Positions 36,810-47,473 of a DNA stretch of 64,000 nt are shown here, one piece after another. The position numbers and the translations under genes were made by a program. The notes below the pieces were generated by a model. The model worked only from the letters and a program-made list of their open reading frames with translations. It searched no databases and was not told the DNA's origin. Where the stretch lies: the IMG/VR virus record IMGVR_UViG_3300030202_003189, positions 1-64,000 of that record. One strand, given 5' to 3'. Positions within the stretch are counted from its first letter, which is position 1; every line of letters begins with the position of its first letter.

Positions 36810-37897
36810 GAAAACTGATATTAATAATACTTGCAGTCGTTAGCTTACAAGTTAATGCACAAGATAAGAAGATAGATTTTAAGAATATATTTAAGTTTGG
36901 AACAGTGTATGGTGCAATTAATGGAGGAACATCATTATCCGATCAAGACGAATATTCTGTTATAGACGGATTACAAACATCTGTTAATAAAACCCCTTAT
37001 GATTACTCAGTACTATTTGGAATAAGAAAGATTAAGAAATTTGGTCACGAAGACAAAGAAAGATTCAAGAATGGAACTGAAAATTCTTTCTCAGATGCCG
37101 CAACTCTTGGTAGATGGAATAATAAAATTGAGTTTTTATTTGAGGGTGAATATAAAAGACAGGAAGGAGAGACTTATCTAGACCAACATCACTTTATTAG
37201 ATACGTTGGCACAGATGGGTGTACTGAAAAGTTATGTTGGAAACATTATATTATAAAGATAGAGTATCTTGAAGATGGGTTCGCTGATATAAAATATTTC
37301 GAGGCTTCCGAAAGACTCACCTATAAACCTACACAGGTAGAAAATTTAACATTTAATTTTGGTGCCGCTCAAAGACTAGCAGAACCTTATGGTTATGACC
37401 CATTAGCAGAATGGTTATTATCTAATGGAAATATACATTATACTCATTTAGCCATACAAGAAGGTTATACAATGGAATTCGATGGTAATGGAGGGGTTGA
37501 GTATTTCGACCCATCTGGTAATTCAGTGGCTACAAGTCCAGAAGTTTGGGAAGCTGTTGTTATACCAACAGTATTAGCAGATTATACTGAAAAGAAACGT
37601 AATGAATTAGATAACACAATACAACACTCATTTGTAGTAGGATTTGATTACTACAAATACGAAAAGAAAAGTTGGTTACACGCTTGGGGTAATGTTATGC
37701 CCTACCATTATGATGCAGGTGGGGAGTTTAGTTATCACAAATTTAATGGTGGTCAGTGGTTAGATTATTCGGCAGGATTGGTATATGGTCATTGGTTTAA
37801 TAAAAATTTGGGTGTATTTATAGAAGGAACTTATAACAAGTATTGGAATAGAGAATGGCACGGATTTAGTGCTGGGATAAATTATAGAGTATTTTAG
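36806..37897 (+). CDS. Putative outer-membrane beta-barrel protein
   Basis: Signal peptide ending VNA-Q, alternating aromatic strands, C-terminal NYRVF. Confidence 0.75.
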   Translation: MRKLILIILAVVSLQVNAQDKKIDFKNIFKFGTVYGAINGGTSLSDQDEYSVIDGLQTSVNKTPYDYSVLFGIRKIKKFGHEDKERFKNGTENSFSDAATLGRWNNKIEFLFEGEYKRQEGETYLDQHHFIRYVGTDGCTEKLCWKHYIIKIEYLEDGFADIKYFEASERLTYKPTQVENLTFNFGAAQRLAEPYGYDPLAEWLLSNGNIHYTHLAIQEGYTMEFDGNGGVEYFDPSGNSVATSPEVWEAVVIPTVLADYTEKKRNELDNTIQHSFVVGFDYYKYEKKSWLHAWGNVMPYHYDAGGEFSYHKFNGGQWLDYSAGLVYGHWFNKNLGVFIEGTYNKYWNREWHGFSAGINYRVF

Positions 37898-37899
37898 AG

Positions 37900-38181
37900 A
37901 TGGCAAAAGAATTAAACGAAGACACAGGATTTCAGGTAAGTATAAAAACCTTATTGGGTATTGGGGCTGGAATGGCCACAGTTATTAGCATGTGGTTTAT
38001 GTTACAAGCGGATATTGATGAAGCAAAACTATTACCAGAACCAACACCACCAGAAATTAGTCGTATGGAATTTGATATGAAAGACCAATTGGTTCGTCAA
38101 ACTATTATGGACACTCAAAAAGATGTGGAAGAAATAAAGAAAACTCTAGAAAAGATAGAAGATAAGTTGTACGGTAGATAA
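37900..38181 (+). CDS. Single-TM protein with C-terminal coiled coil
   Basis: TM at residues about 13-33; QKDVEEIKKTLEKIE heptads. Confidence 0.8.
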   Translation: MAKELNEDTGFQVSIKTLLGIGAGMATVISMWFMLQADIDEAKLLPEPTPPEISRMEFDMKDQLVRQTIMDTQKDVEEIKKTLEKIEDKLYGR

Positions 38182-38188
38182 TATTAAA

Positions 38189-38530
38189 ATGTGGAATAAA
38201 AACATATGTTTAACATCTCGTAAAACACTACTGTTAATTGTTGTGATATTATTCAGTACTTTGGTATTGGCAAGCGTTTGGTCTGGTTCTGAAAATATAA
38301 TAGAAGAAGGTATCGAAGTTCCCGAAGAAATAGAAGGAATGTGGATACCTACAGAAGAAGATATTGCATATCAAGACAGTATGTATCAAATAATACAAAA
38401 TACTCAAAAAGATATAACAGAAATTAAAGACGATATAGTCTATATTTTAGAGAGATTAGATTATCCAGACGGTACTTGGGATAGTATTAGATATGTTAAA
38501 GGTGGTAAAATAGATCAGAGAATAAATTAG
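38189..38530 (+). CDS. Single-TM/secreted protein with coiled coil
   Basis: TM then QKDITEIKDDIVYILE, similar to the previous ORF. Confidence 0.8.
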   Translation: MWNKNICLTSRKTLLLIVVILFSTLVLASVWSGSENIIEEGIEVPEEIEGMWIPTEEDIAYQDSMYQIIQNTQKDITEIKDDIVYILERLDYPDGTWDSIRYVKGGKIDQRIN

Positions 38531-38532
38531 TT

Positions 38533-38910
38533 ATGAAAAAAGATTATGCAGTTTGGAAAATATTTGGAGGATACCTATTAGTGTTATTATTAATGATATT
38601 ATCTAGTACCGTGAACGCTCAAACATATACATGTGATGAAGATATATGTGTAGTTGAATTTAATGCGAGTTGGAACGCAAAAAATAATGTAGAGTGGTTG
38701 GATAAGTTAACAGACGTGGGGACAAAAAGAATCTTAATTGACAAGGGTTCTTGGCAAAAAGATTTTAGTATAGTAGTTACACCGACCATTATAATATTTG
38801 TGGAGGGTAAAGAAACAAAAAGATACCAAGCAAATATTATGATGGAGATGGAAGCTAAACAAACTGATGTACAAGATAAGATAGACGAAATTATAATGGA
38901 ATTATTCTAA
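38533..38910 (+). CDS. Exported thioredoxin-fold-like protein lacking canonical CxxC
   Basis: Signal ending VNA-Q; CVVEFNASWN, IVVTPTIIIFVEGKE..RY. Confidence 0.65.
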   Translation: MKKDYAVWKIFGGYLLVLLLMILSSTVNAQTYTCDEDICVVEFNASWNAKNNVEWLDKLTDVGTKRILIDKGSWQKDFSIVVTPTIIIFVEGKETKRYQANIMMEMEAKQTDVQDKIDEIIMELF

Positions 38911-39681
38911 ATGAAAAAATTATTAACAGAACAAGGAGCAACACAAGCATGGACGTGTTGTTGTAATGGTCAATCACATGAGATAGGTGGAATACAAACA
39001 CACTTCTATGCAAATGGGAATACTTGTAATAGTCAGCCTGGAGGGTGTGCGAACCAAACACTACAACCAAACGGATCATCAAATCAGATACCATGGAATT
39101 TACTAAATCCCAATTCAAATAGTGGTTATGGTCAAGGGGCAGGAACTTCTTTTCCGGGTACTGGACAACTTAATGGACAAACCCCTATTGGTATATGGAG
39201 TGTTAATAATACTTTTAGTAGTACAAATGGGGGTAATGATTTTGGAGAACCTTACATTTGGTTTACTCAAAATTTAATGGATCCTAACGATCCTTCAAAA
39301 TGTCTTCCAAACCCAGCTAATTGTAGAACAGAGACACCTCCACCACCTCCACCTCCGCCACAACACAAAGGTTGTATAGATCCAAACGCATTAAATGACG
39401 GAGAATGTTGTAATGGAAACCCAAATTGTACTCCTGTTGCTCATAGTCAGCAATGTTGTAAATATGAACGGATTGACGATCCTATAGTGAACGAATGTTG
39501 TAAGTGGTGTCAAACAGGTCCCTTCATAGGAAACCCTCCACAGGGATGTAAAGATTGGATGTGTACTGACCCGCAATGGTTAGCCCATAATTGTCCTGGT
39601 ATAGAACCAATAGAACCAAAAGATAAAGACAAATTTTTAGAACTTAGGGAAGAAATAAAGAGAATTAAGGAGTTATTGTAG
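38911..39681 (+). CDS. Cys-rich protein with LLTEQ leader and LREEIKRIKELL tail
   Basis: Leader/tail motifs, P7 linker, one degenerate GCIDPNALN repeat. Confidence 0.85.
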   Translation: MKKLLTEQGATQAWTCCCNGQSHEIGGIQTHFYANGNTCNSQPGGCANQTLQPNGSSNQIPWNLLNPNSNSGYGQGAGTSFPGTGQLNGQTPIGIWSVNNTFSSTNGGNDFGEPYIWFTQNLMDPNDPSKCLPNPANCRTETPPPPPPPPQHKGCIDPNALNDGECCNGNPNCTPVAHSQQCCKYERIDDPIVNECCKWCQTGPFIGNPPQGCKDWMCTDPQWLAHNCPGIEPIEPKDKDKFLELREEIKRIKELL

Positions 39682-39682
39682 T

Positions 39683-40291
39683 ATGTTAAAATTTTTATTA
39701 GCAACAATAATAAGTCTATCAGCAAGTGTCAGAGAACCTAGACAAGTTCCTACAGCTCCATTTGATTATGAACTTTCATATAAGATAGAGAATACCTACA
39801 AAGGATTCGAAGGATCATTCCAACATGATTATGAAAGAGAAGATGGAGAGATGTTTAACGACATTAAAAGTAGTATAAATTATACTCAAAATCTTAAACT
39901 CGGAAATGTACACCTCCCAAACCATGCAATAATCTTCAAAGAAGACTACAACCAAATAACGTCAAAAGAAATATATCAATTTAATAGTGATATGAGATTT
40001 CAATTTCACGGATTATCTATAGGGTATGGTATGACATGGGATTTAGAGGATAAATATCTTTATCACCCATCAGTAGGGTTTACTAAACAGATGACATTAG
40101 GTAATTGGGAGTTAGAGACGGAAAACGATGTGTACTTTACTAAGGACATAACATACCAAACAGAGGGAAGTGTTTCTTATAACATAACAAAAAATGTTGG
40201 TTTGGGAATGTCAGGAAATTATATAAAAACATTAGATAATTATGATTACTCGGCGAAAGTAATATTAACAATAAAATTAACACAAAATTAA
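39683..40291 (+). CDS. Putative small outer-membrane beta-barrel protein
   Basis: Hydrophobic N-terminus; alternating strands (LSIGYGM, WELETE, VGLGMSG, AKVILTIKL). Confidence 0.6.
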   Translation: MLKFLLATIISLSASVREPRQVPTAPFDYELSYKIENTYKGFEGSFQHDYEREDGEMFNDIKSSINYTQNLKLGNVHLPNHAIIFKEDYNQITSKEIYQFNSDMRFQFHGLSIGYGMTWDLEDKYLYHPSVGFTKQMTLGNWELETENDVYFTKDITYQTEGSVSYNITKNVGLGMSGNYIKTLDNYDYSAKVILTIKLTQN

Positions 40292-40302
40292 AAAAAACAA
40301 AA

Positions 40303-40494
40303 ATGGATTCAATTACATGTTATATTAAATGCTATGGAGGTTATCTATTAGCAGTAGGAGCAGGATGTACATTTGGTACGAGCTTATTATGGGGTACAGC
40401 GTTATTAGCCGCGGCTGGATATTGGGGATGGCAAGTTATTTGTCCTTGTAAACCATGTAAAAGTGGTGAAGGGGCTTGTTGTAAAACAAAGTAA
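40303..40494 (+). CDS. Small two-TM protein with Cys-rich tail
   Basis: CPCKPC..CCK C-terminus. Confidence 0.75.
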   Translation: MDSITCYIKCYGGYLLAVGAGCTFGTSLLWGTALLAAAGYWGWQVICPCKPCKSGEGACCKTK

Positions 40495-40495
40495 G

Positions 40496-40699
40496 ATGAC
40501 GTTAGCGAGAATGTTAATAACCTTTGGTGTGCTATTAATGTTTACTTGGTTGATATATCTTATATTCTTTGAAGAGGTTGCGGGAACTACCCGTGACCTT
40601 CTCTTTATTTTAGTTGGGGGATTTTTAAGTTCCTTCCAAAACATTATAGATTATTGGTTTAAGAAAGAGAAGAAAGAACAAAGGGAATGTAAAGAATGA
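40496..40699 (+). CDS. Two-TM holin-like membrane protein
   Basis: Start at MTLARMLITF; two TM helices, IIDYWF, charged tail. Confidence 0.55.
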   Translation: MTLARMLITFGVLLMFTWLIYLIFFEEVAGTTRDLLFILVGGFLSSFQNIIDYWFKKEKKEQRECKE

Positions 40700-40701
40700 T
40701 A

Positions 40702-40709
40702 TATTTATA
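40702..40709 (+). promoter_or_regulatory. Putative phage late promoter TATTTATA
   Basis: TATTTATA-GTAT-ATG. Confidence 0.6.
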
Positions 40710-40713
40710 GTAT

Positions 40714-41156
40714 ATGAAGAAGAAACAATTATTACAAATAATAACAGAAAAAACCAAACGTAAACCTCAACCGGTCAAAGTTAAGTTAGATTTTGATAAA
40801 AATCAGGATGGATCACCAGATCACTATACTAGTGATAGTGAACATTCGAATAAAGAACAAAGTAATGAAACTCCAGATTTTTATTCTCAAAATTTTAATG
40901 ATGAAGGTACAAATGTAAGACCTTTACATAAAAATACAAAAGGGGAAAAATTTAAGAAAAATAAACATACAGGAGATAATCATTTAACTAAAGGTAATGA
41001 TTTTAAGATTAAAGATAGCGCAAAACCTAAAGTAGGTAATGGAAATTGGAGTGGAGATGATCATATTTTTGAAGTAGTTGATGAAATATCCTCACAAATA
41101 TTATATGAGGAGGCTTTTAGAAAAAATAAGAAGTATTTATTAAAAAAGACATTATA

Positions 41157-41157
<1 letters not shown>
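40714..41157 (+). CDS. LxE-leader hydrophilic protein
   Basis: QLLQIITEK leader; DFDKNQDG loop. Confidence 0.8.
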
Positions 41158-41717
<560 letters not shown>

Positions 41718-41723
41718 TAACAT

Positions 41724-41751
41724 AAAAAAGGGACTTAGGTCCCTTTTTTTT
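41724..41751. terminator. Bidirectional intrinsic terminator
   Basis: AAAAAAGGGAC-TTAG-GTCCCTTTTTTTT between convergent genes. Confidence 0.9.
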
Positions 41752-41965
41752 ATACCCCTTGTGATGGGGAAAAACCATATGTCTCTCCTTCAGGGGTTGA
41801 TTCTTCTTTTTTAGTATTGGCCTCCTGTTGTATCTTAGCGTCTTCTAACAATTTTAACTGTTCATCCATCTGTTGTTTCTGGTATTTTTTAAGTTGAGCT
41901 TTTAGTTGGGTAGTCCTATTCTTAGATTTACTTTTCTGGTTTTTTCTATGTCTACTTTTTGGCAT
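41750..41965 (-). CDS. Small basic hypothetical protein
   Basis: MPKSRHRKNQK..., ends at the terminator. Confidence 0.75.
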   Translation of the reverse strand: MPKSRHRKNQKSKSKNRTTQLKAQLKKYQKQQMDEQLKLLEDAKIQQEANTKKEESTPEGETYGFSPSQGV

Positions 41966-42031
41966 TTTAATATATTTATAATTATAACATGTTTATTTAC
42001 TCAAATATACATAAAAAAAATTAAAAATAAA

Positions 42032-42487
42032 ATGGCACGTATTAAAAAATTAAACGAAAGACAGTTAACCAATCTTGTTAGAAAAATGGTTATTGAAGAA
42101 CAATTGACAGACCAAGGTGGCACTGAAGTTTTATCGGCACAAGACAAAGAATTAAGTTGGGGTAAACTAAGGGCTTATCTAAAGGACTTGTACACTGACT
42201 ATAAAAATAAGTTTGCCGATGTACAACCAAATGAATTTAATGAAGTTATGATGGTTTTAGATGGGGCAATTGATTTGGCGAAAGTTAAAAACATTAATAA
42301 TAAAGGGGCCTCAGTTATCTCCCAATATCTAAAACAACACGTTAAACCTTTAGAGAGACAATACGATGCGGCACAATCAGATAGTACACCGGAAGCACCG
42401 CCAGCACCAAAATATGGTGAAGTAAATGAATCAAGAGGAAATAGAAGTAACTATAATCGACTTTATAAAAGACTAAAGAGAAAATAG
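42032..42487 (+). CDS. LxE-leader hypothetical protein
   Basis: True start likely MARIKKLNERQLTNLVRKMVIEEQ at 42032. Confidence 0.85.
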   Translation: MARIKKLNERQLTNLVRKMVIEEQLTDQGGTEVLSAQDKELSWGKLRAYLKDLYTDYKNKFADVQPNEFNEVMMVLDGAIDLAKVKNINNKGASVISQYLKQHVKPLERQYDAAQSDSTPEAPPAPKYGEVNESRGNRSNYNRLYKRLKRK

Positions 42488-42511
42488 TTTCTTAAAAATA
42501 TTAAATTAATT

Positions 42512-42536
42512 AAACCCCATTACTTGGGGTTTTTTT
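42512..42536 (+). terminator. Intrinsic terminator
   Basis: AAACCCCA-TTACT-TGGGGTTTTTTT. Confidence 0.85.
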
Positions 42537-42551
42537 ATTACTTTTTTTGAG

Positions 42552-42559
42552 TATTTATA
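42552..42559 (+). promoter_or_regulatory. Putative phage late promoter TATTTATA
   Basis: TATTTATA-GTAT-ATG. Confidence 0.6.
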
Positions 42560-42563
42560 GTAT

Positions 42564-45500
42564 ATGAGAAATCACAATAAAGAAAATGTCAGTGTTGGGT
42601 CGTACACGTTCCCTATAGAAGACCTCGATAAAAGGATATTAATCGAAGCTTTTAAGTTATATGATAGTAGTGTGGATGATCCAGAACGCATAGCGTCAGT
42701 AATACATGAATCATGGTGGAAAGAACTTGACAATATGTTAAGACTCTATGGTAAAAAAGGAATGGGTTTTTACTATGGTTATATGATGTATCTAAACCAA
42801 AACAAAAGTGGTGAGGAATTAAAAAATGGAGATATTAATCCAGTTGTTGCCCCAGGATATAAAGTACAAGAACAAGAAGGTGCTGGAACACACAGAGTTG
42901 GAGAACTTGATGGTGTGCAAATGATAGAGATTGAGGGTGTGTTTGGGTTGGCGTCCTATGGAGGTGACAGATGGAAGGGATCAGCAGATGGTAAAACTAA
43001 AATGGAATGGTCAATAATCTTTGACGATATGGGAGAAATGAAAGTCGGTCCTACATTTATTTATGATTATAAACAATATGAGTTGGAACCGGATGAGATT
43101 GATTACTGGAGTATAGGTGGAAGTAATACAGAAAATCTTTTAGCGGTTTTATTAAGTTTTTATAGAACATATGGCGATACTAATCTTATTACAGAAGAAA
43201 TTGATACGGAAATAAAATATGCTATTGATCAACAATACCGTAATGACCCAGAAGAAAGAAAAAACGTATTAGATTCTTTAGAGTTTGACCCTTATAAGGA
43301 TAGAGATTTTTATGTGGGTGGTTATAAAGAATTACAATTTGATGTTGAGCCTAGAACGTTAGTTAATAAATTAGCACAAGAAAAAGGTTACGGAAAAGTA
43401 GTAGATGAAATGCTAGGTGGGAACGGCACAGCTTATTTCACGTCAAAAGGAAATGTTATTAAAATAACTGGAGATAAAAGCGAATATGAAACCGCTAATG
43501 TAATTAAAGGAAAACAAAACAAATATATTGCCGATGTTTTCGAAAGTGGAAAATTAGATTCTTCTCATATTATTAGTGGTGACGCTTATATTATTATTAT
43601 GGAAGAATTAGGATTACCTAAAAGAATATCAGAAATATTTGAAGATTGTTGTTGTGGGGTTAATAAACCAATCTATATTGAATACAACGAAACTCCGGCA
43701 GTTATTCACCCTCCAGTTAATGGAAAAGAAGAATGTGAAAAATTACACAAAAATCTATTAATGATTAGACAAGAATTAACACAACATGGTATTAGTTGGA
43801 GTGATATTGGTATAGATAATTTAGGGATGAAAAATGGAAAGTTGGCTCTTCTTGATTTGGGAGAAACAACGGGTGGTATAGATACTGGGCAAACAATTGA
43901 ATTAAATGAACAAGAACAACTAGAATTAGAATTACCAACACCAATTGGAGAATTTGAATTTCCTGCAGGGTATGAAGATGTACACACCGAGACAGGTGAA
44001 GAGTATGCTGGCGCGGAACAAGAAACCGTAGATGCAATTAGAGATGAAGTAAGAGATGAATCTGTAACATATCTTTTTAAGAAGTGGGATAAAACAGGTG
44101 TAAATTTTGATGACCTAAAATTAATAGGTATTCCAACAAACAATTCTTTAATTAAAATCATGTTAGCGAAGAGATACCTTAAAAATACAATGAGACCTAT
44201 TCCAGTGTCCTATACTTTCGATTGTGAAGACCTTTCAAAAATGTTTATAAAAGACGCTAGAGATTATAGTGTAGATTATATTGAGCAATTTTTATGTGGA
44301 GAACACGAATGGGACGACTACGATAATTGGTATGATCATGATTGGTATGATGGAATGTCTGACGATTTAGATGATAGAAATTGGAAAACTATAATGAATA
44401 TTCTGGGTGTAACAACTCAAGAAGAAGCAGAAAATCTAGTCAATAATAGACCTCAAACGGAGGAAGAAGAAAGAATTGCCGAGGAAAAAGAAGAGGTAAT
44501 TAGTGAAATTAGAAGCAGTATATTGTGGACACATAATGACGAGGCAGAATGGAGAACCAAACGTGACATGGGTGATGACGTTATTGATAAATTGGGAGAA
44601 CATTTTAATAACGATGGAAAATTAAGCCGAGATGACAATGGAAAGTGGTCTTGGACAATTGAGGATAACTTATTAAATTGGTTGGGGGACGATATGTGGG
44701 ATAATATCGACCTATATGAATATCATCCAGATTATGCAGGTTATACTTTAGAAGATTGGTTAACGGATTGGTCTGTAGGACCTATACAAGATGCGATATT
44801 TGAATCACTTATGTTAGAAGAATTTACCTTTGAAGACTATGATTATGGTAAAAGAGGAGACCTACTAGAACCAAACACAAGATTCTTTGATAATTATTAT
44901 CATCCTAATTACGATATCAATGACGGACTCTATGATAGATTGGGTGAAATTGAACATTATTCATCGGCGAGCGCAACACCATTACTTAAAGAAGGATTAT
45001 TCGAACAATCCGACGCATTTGATAAGGGAGAACTTATAATATTAAAACACGTCCATAAAAATTTTAGCAAGAAAGAACTTGAAGATTTAGTATCGGAAAC
45101 ACCAATATATGGTGGTGCATCAAAAAAATGGACTACTCTCATGAAAATGTTTGGTATACCAACATCCTCAATGGAACAAGCCGCCATCTCAACTCAATAT
45201 GCCAAATACGCTTTAGATAATTGGAATGAGGAGGGTAATTATACCATGGAAAACCCAATAAGAGATATGATAAGTTGGTGGGATATTAGTCGTGACGAAA
45301 CAGGGTCACAGGTTGAATATAAATCAGGTGGTACAGATGTACTTGCCTTTGACGACGACGACGCTGAGGAGAGGGGAGATAATGAATTTCATGACTGGGA
45401 TGGGGATATGGAGACCGTTGATTGGGGAGATTATGAGGCTTATGATTCTGAAGTAAGAGAAACAGAACCAACAGGGAAATATCCAGAGATCCCTAAAATA

Positions 45501-46421
45501 TCGGAAGGGGTTGCTGGTGACCAAGAAAAACACACAGGTGAACAAGGAGGGTTTTTTACTCTAGATGGAAGTGATAACATAGGTAATACCGATTTATATA
45601 AAGGTGATGGTTTTGACATTATTCACCAACATAGAGGTAATGTGCACCTGTCCGACATCTCACCGGAAGAGAGTGAAACATCAATACCAAAAGGAAGTAA
45701 AAAAATTAAAAAGACCGTACTTAAACCAAGACTTGATAAAGGACCATTTAACATACCAGTACCTATGAAAGAACATTATGAGGATGTAGAAAGTAATCCG
45801 GATCTTAATCCAGAGGTAGAGGAAGGAGATGTTATTGAGCTTTTATATATGGATGATCCATATTCCATCCCTATAAAAACAAAAGGAGTCGTTATGGGAT
45901 TTGAAGGTAAACCTGGGGATTTTGCTTATAAAATTCTAGTGAATTGGATTTTGGGACCAGAAAAGTTAACTCCTATGGCTCTTCTACCGGATGCCGATAT
46001 ATACAGATTCCCAAAAAAGAAAAAGGAGGGGATAAATGAGCAGTGGAAAAAACCCTACAAAGACCCAAAGGCCGTTGTAAATGGAAAAGAGATTGACTTA
46101 GACGTAGCAGATACAGAGTTTCTAAAACAAAAAGGAATGATGTATAAAACTTCTTATCCAAGAAATAGAGGTATGTTATTTATTTGGGATGACATAGTTC
46201 CAATATCTATGTGGATGAAAAATACTTACCTTCCTTTGGATATTGTTTATATGGTAGATGGTGAAGTGGTTGATTATGATAAAGACGTACAACCTTGTGA
46301 TAAACAACAATGTGAGACATACGGAGACGTTAATGCCAATCAGGTAATAGAACTTCTCAGTGGAGGAGTAGATAATTATAATATATCAATTGGAGACCAA
46401 ATTGAGTTAATGGATGTATAA
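42564..46421 (+). CDS. 1285-aa polyprotein: protein-kinase-like domain, acidic domains, DUF4314-like and DUF192 domains
   Basis: GGNGTAY/VIK/SDIGIDN/LLDLG kinase motifs; GDVIELLYMDDP..KGVV (DUF4314-like); DVADT..KGMM..GMLF..MWMKNTYLPLDIV..VIEL (DUF192); LxE linkers. Confidence 0.85.
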   Translation: MRNHNKENVSVGSYTFPIEDLDKRILIEAFKLYDSSVDDPERIASVIHESWWKELDNMLRLYGKKGMGFYYGYMMYLNQNKSGEELKNGDINPVVAPGYKVQEQEGAGTHRVGELDGVQMIEIEGVFGLASYGGDRWKGSADGKTKMEWSIIFDDMGEMKVGPTFIYDYKQYELEPDEIDYWSIGGSNTENLLAVLLSFYRTYGDTNLITEEIDTEIKYAIDQQYRNDPEERKNVLDSLEFDPYKDRDFYVGGYKELQFDVEPRTLVNKLAQEKGYGKVVDEMLGGNGTAYFTSKGNVIKITGDKSEYETANVIKGKQNKYIADVFESGKLDSSHIISGDAYIIIMEELGLPKRISEIFEDCCCGVNKPIYIEYNETPAVIHPPVNGKEECEKLHKNLLMIRQELTQHGISWSDIGIDNLGMKNGKLALLDLGETTGGIDTGQTIELNEQEQLELELPTPIGEFEFPAGYEDVHTETGEEYAGAEQETVDAIRDEVRDESVTYLFKKWDKTGVNFDDLKLIGIPTNNSLIKIMLAKRYLKNTMRPIPVSYTFDCEDLSKMFIKDARDYSVDYIEQFLCGEHEWDDYDNWYDHDWYDGMSDDLDDRNWKTIMNILGVTTQEEAENLVNNRPQTEEEERIAEEKEEVISEIRSSILWTHNDEAEWRTKRDMGDDVIDKLGEHFNNDGKLSRDDNGKWSWTIEDNLLNWLGDDMWDNIDLYEYHPDYAGYTLEDWLTDWSVGPIQDAIFESLMLEEFTFEDYDYGKRGDLLEPNTRFFDNYYHPNYDINDGLYDRLGEIEHYSSASATPLLKEGLFEQSDAFDKGELIILKHVHKNFSKKELEDLVSETPIYGGASKKWTTLMKMFGIPTSSMEQAAISTQYAKYALDNWNEEGNYTMENPIRDMISWWDISRDETGSQVEYKSGGTDVLAFDDDDAEERGDNEFHDWDGDMETVDWGDYEAYDSEVRETEPTGKYPEIPKISEGVAGDQEKHTGEQGGFFTLDGSDNIGNTDLYKGDGFDIIHQHRGNVHLSDISPEESETSIPKGSKKIKKTVLKPRLDKGPFNIPVPMKEHYEDVESNPDLNPEVEEGDVIELLYMDDPYSIPIKTKGVVMGFEGKPGDFAYKILVNWILGPEKLTPMALLPDADIYRFPKKKKEGINEQWKKPYKDPKAVVNGKEIDLDVADTEFLKQKGMMYKTSYPRNRGMLFIWDDIVPISMWMKNTYLPLDIVYMVDGEVVDYDKDVQPCDKQQCETYGDVNANQVIELLSGGVDNYNISIGDQIELMDV

Positions 46422-47395
46422 TGAATAAGATAAGGATAACAGAAAACCAGTTTAGAATATTAAATGGGGAGAATGATGAAAAGTTAATTTCTCTTCATGA
46501 GGAATACTTACATGAATTCATGAAGGGTGATCCATATAGTGATAAAAGTCTAATAAAAAAAGTAGGGGATCAGTTTGGAATGGATTTGACCTTTATGTTT
46601 ACTTATGGGGCAGGAATAACTGCCTTAGTCGGACCAACTACTGAGTTACTTCAAGGAGAATTTCCGAATATGAACGAAATTCAAATGGTGGCATTAATAA
46701 TTGCCGCTGTTGGGGTCATAGTTTTTGGTAACAAACCAGAAATAACAAAGTTAGTAAAGAGTTTCAAAGACGAAGGATTAGGTAAGGCGTTTAATAAGGT
46801 ACTTTCCTTTATTAGTAGTTTTGAAAGTCTAATGGAGAATGTTCTCCGAACCGCAGGTATGACAGTTAGAGGACTATCAAAAATTATGGGATTTGCTTTT
46901 ATTGTTCCAGTAATCTCTACTCTTTCTGAAATTATGTTAAATATGGGTGGGTCAATTGACCAAGTAGAGGATATAGTAACTAGAATGTTGGCTTATTTAG
47001 GGACAATAACTATAGGTGAAACATTTGCTAATGTTCTAGAAAAACTAAAATCTAAATTTACAAAGAATAGCCCACTAGAAGAAAAATTCTTAAGAGAACA
47101 TTATGTAGGTGGAAGCTCAAAACGAGATAGGAGATTTCCAGACGAAATGTTTGAGAAATTCAAAAAAATGTTTAATAAAATCCTATTACGTAAAGAAGGA
47201 GGGTGGGGAAGACCATCCAAAACATATCTAATCTATATTAGTCCCTTGGGTAAGGTGGCTCGTGTTGAAATGAATTCCTCAGCTTCTCTAAAAGACCTTC
47301 CATTTGAAGAGTTTGGGACTTACAAAATCAGTGAGTTTCGCAATTGGGCGGAAGAAAACGACTTCGAGATTGAAACGGAAGGAAGATTTCAATAA
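46421..47395 (+). CDS. LxE-leader multi-pass membrane protein with extra C-terminal domain
   Basis: KIRITENQF leader; about four hydrophobic helices; FLREH site before the last domain. Confidence 0.8.
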   Translation: MNKIRITENQFRILNGENDEKLISLHEEYLHEFMKGDPYSDKSLIKKVGDQFGMDLTFMFTYGAGITALVGPTTELLQGEFPNMNEIQMVALIIAAVGVIVFGNKPEITKLVKSFKDEGLGKAFNKVLSFISSFESLMENVLRTAGMTVRGLSKIMGFAFIVPVISTLSEIMLNMGGSIDQVEDIVTRMLAYLGTITIGETFANVLEKLKSKFTKNSPLEEKFLREHYVGGSSKRDRRFPDEMFEKFKKMFNKILLRKEGGWGRPSKTYLIYISPLGKVARVEMNSSASLKDLPFEEFGTYKISEFRNWAEENDFEIETEGRFQ

Positions 47396-47473
47396 CCCTT
47401 TATTGACAACTAAATGTTTATATATTATTATTATTAAGTAATTAATAATTTATTAAATTAAAAATCAAGAAAT

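Noticed and set aside
41750-41965. Basic N-terminus MPKSRHRK as another ribosomal protein
   Set aside because: No recognisable family pattern beyond K/R richness
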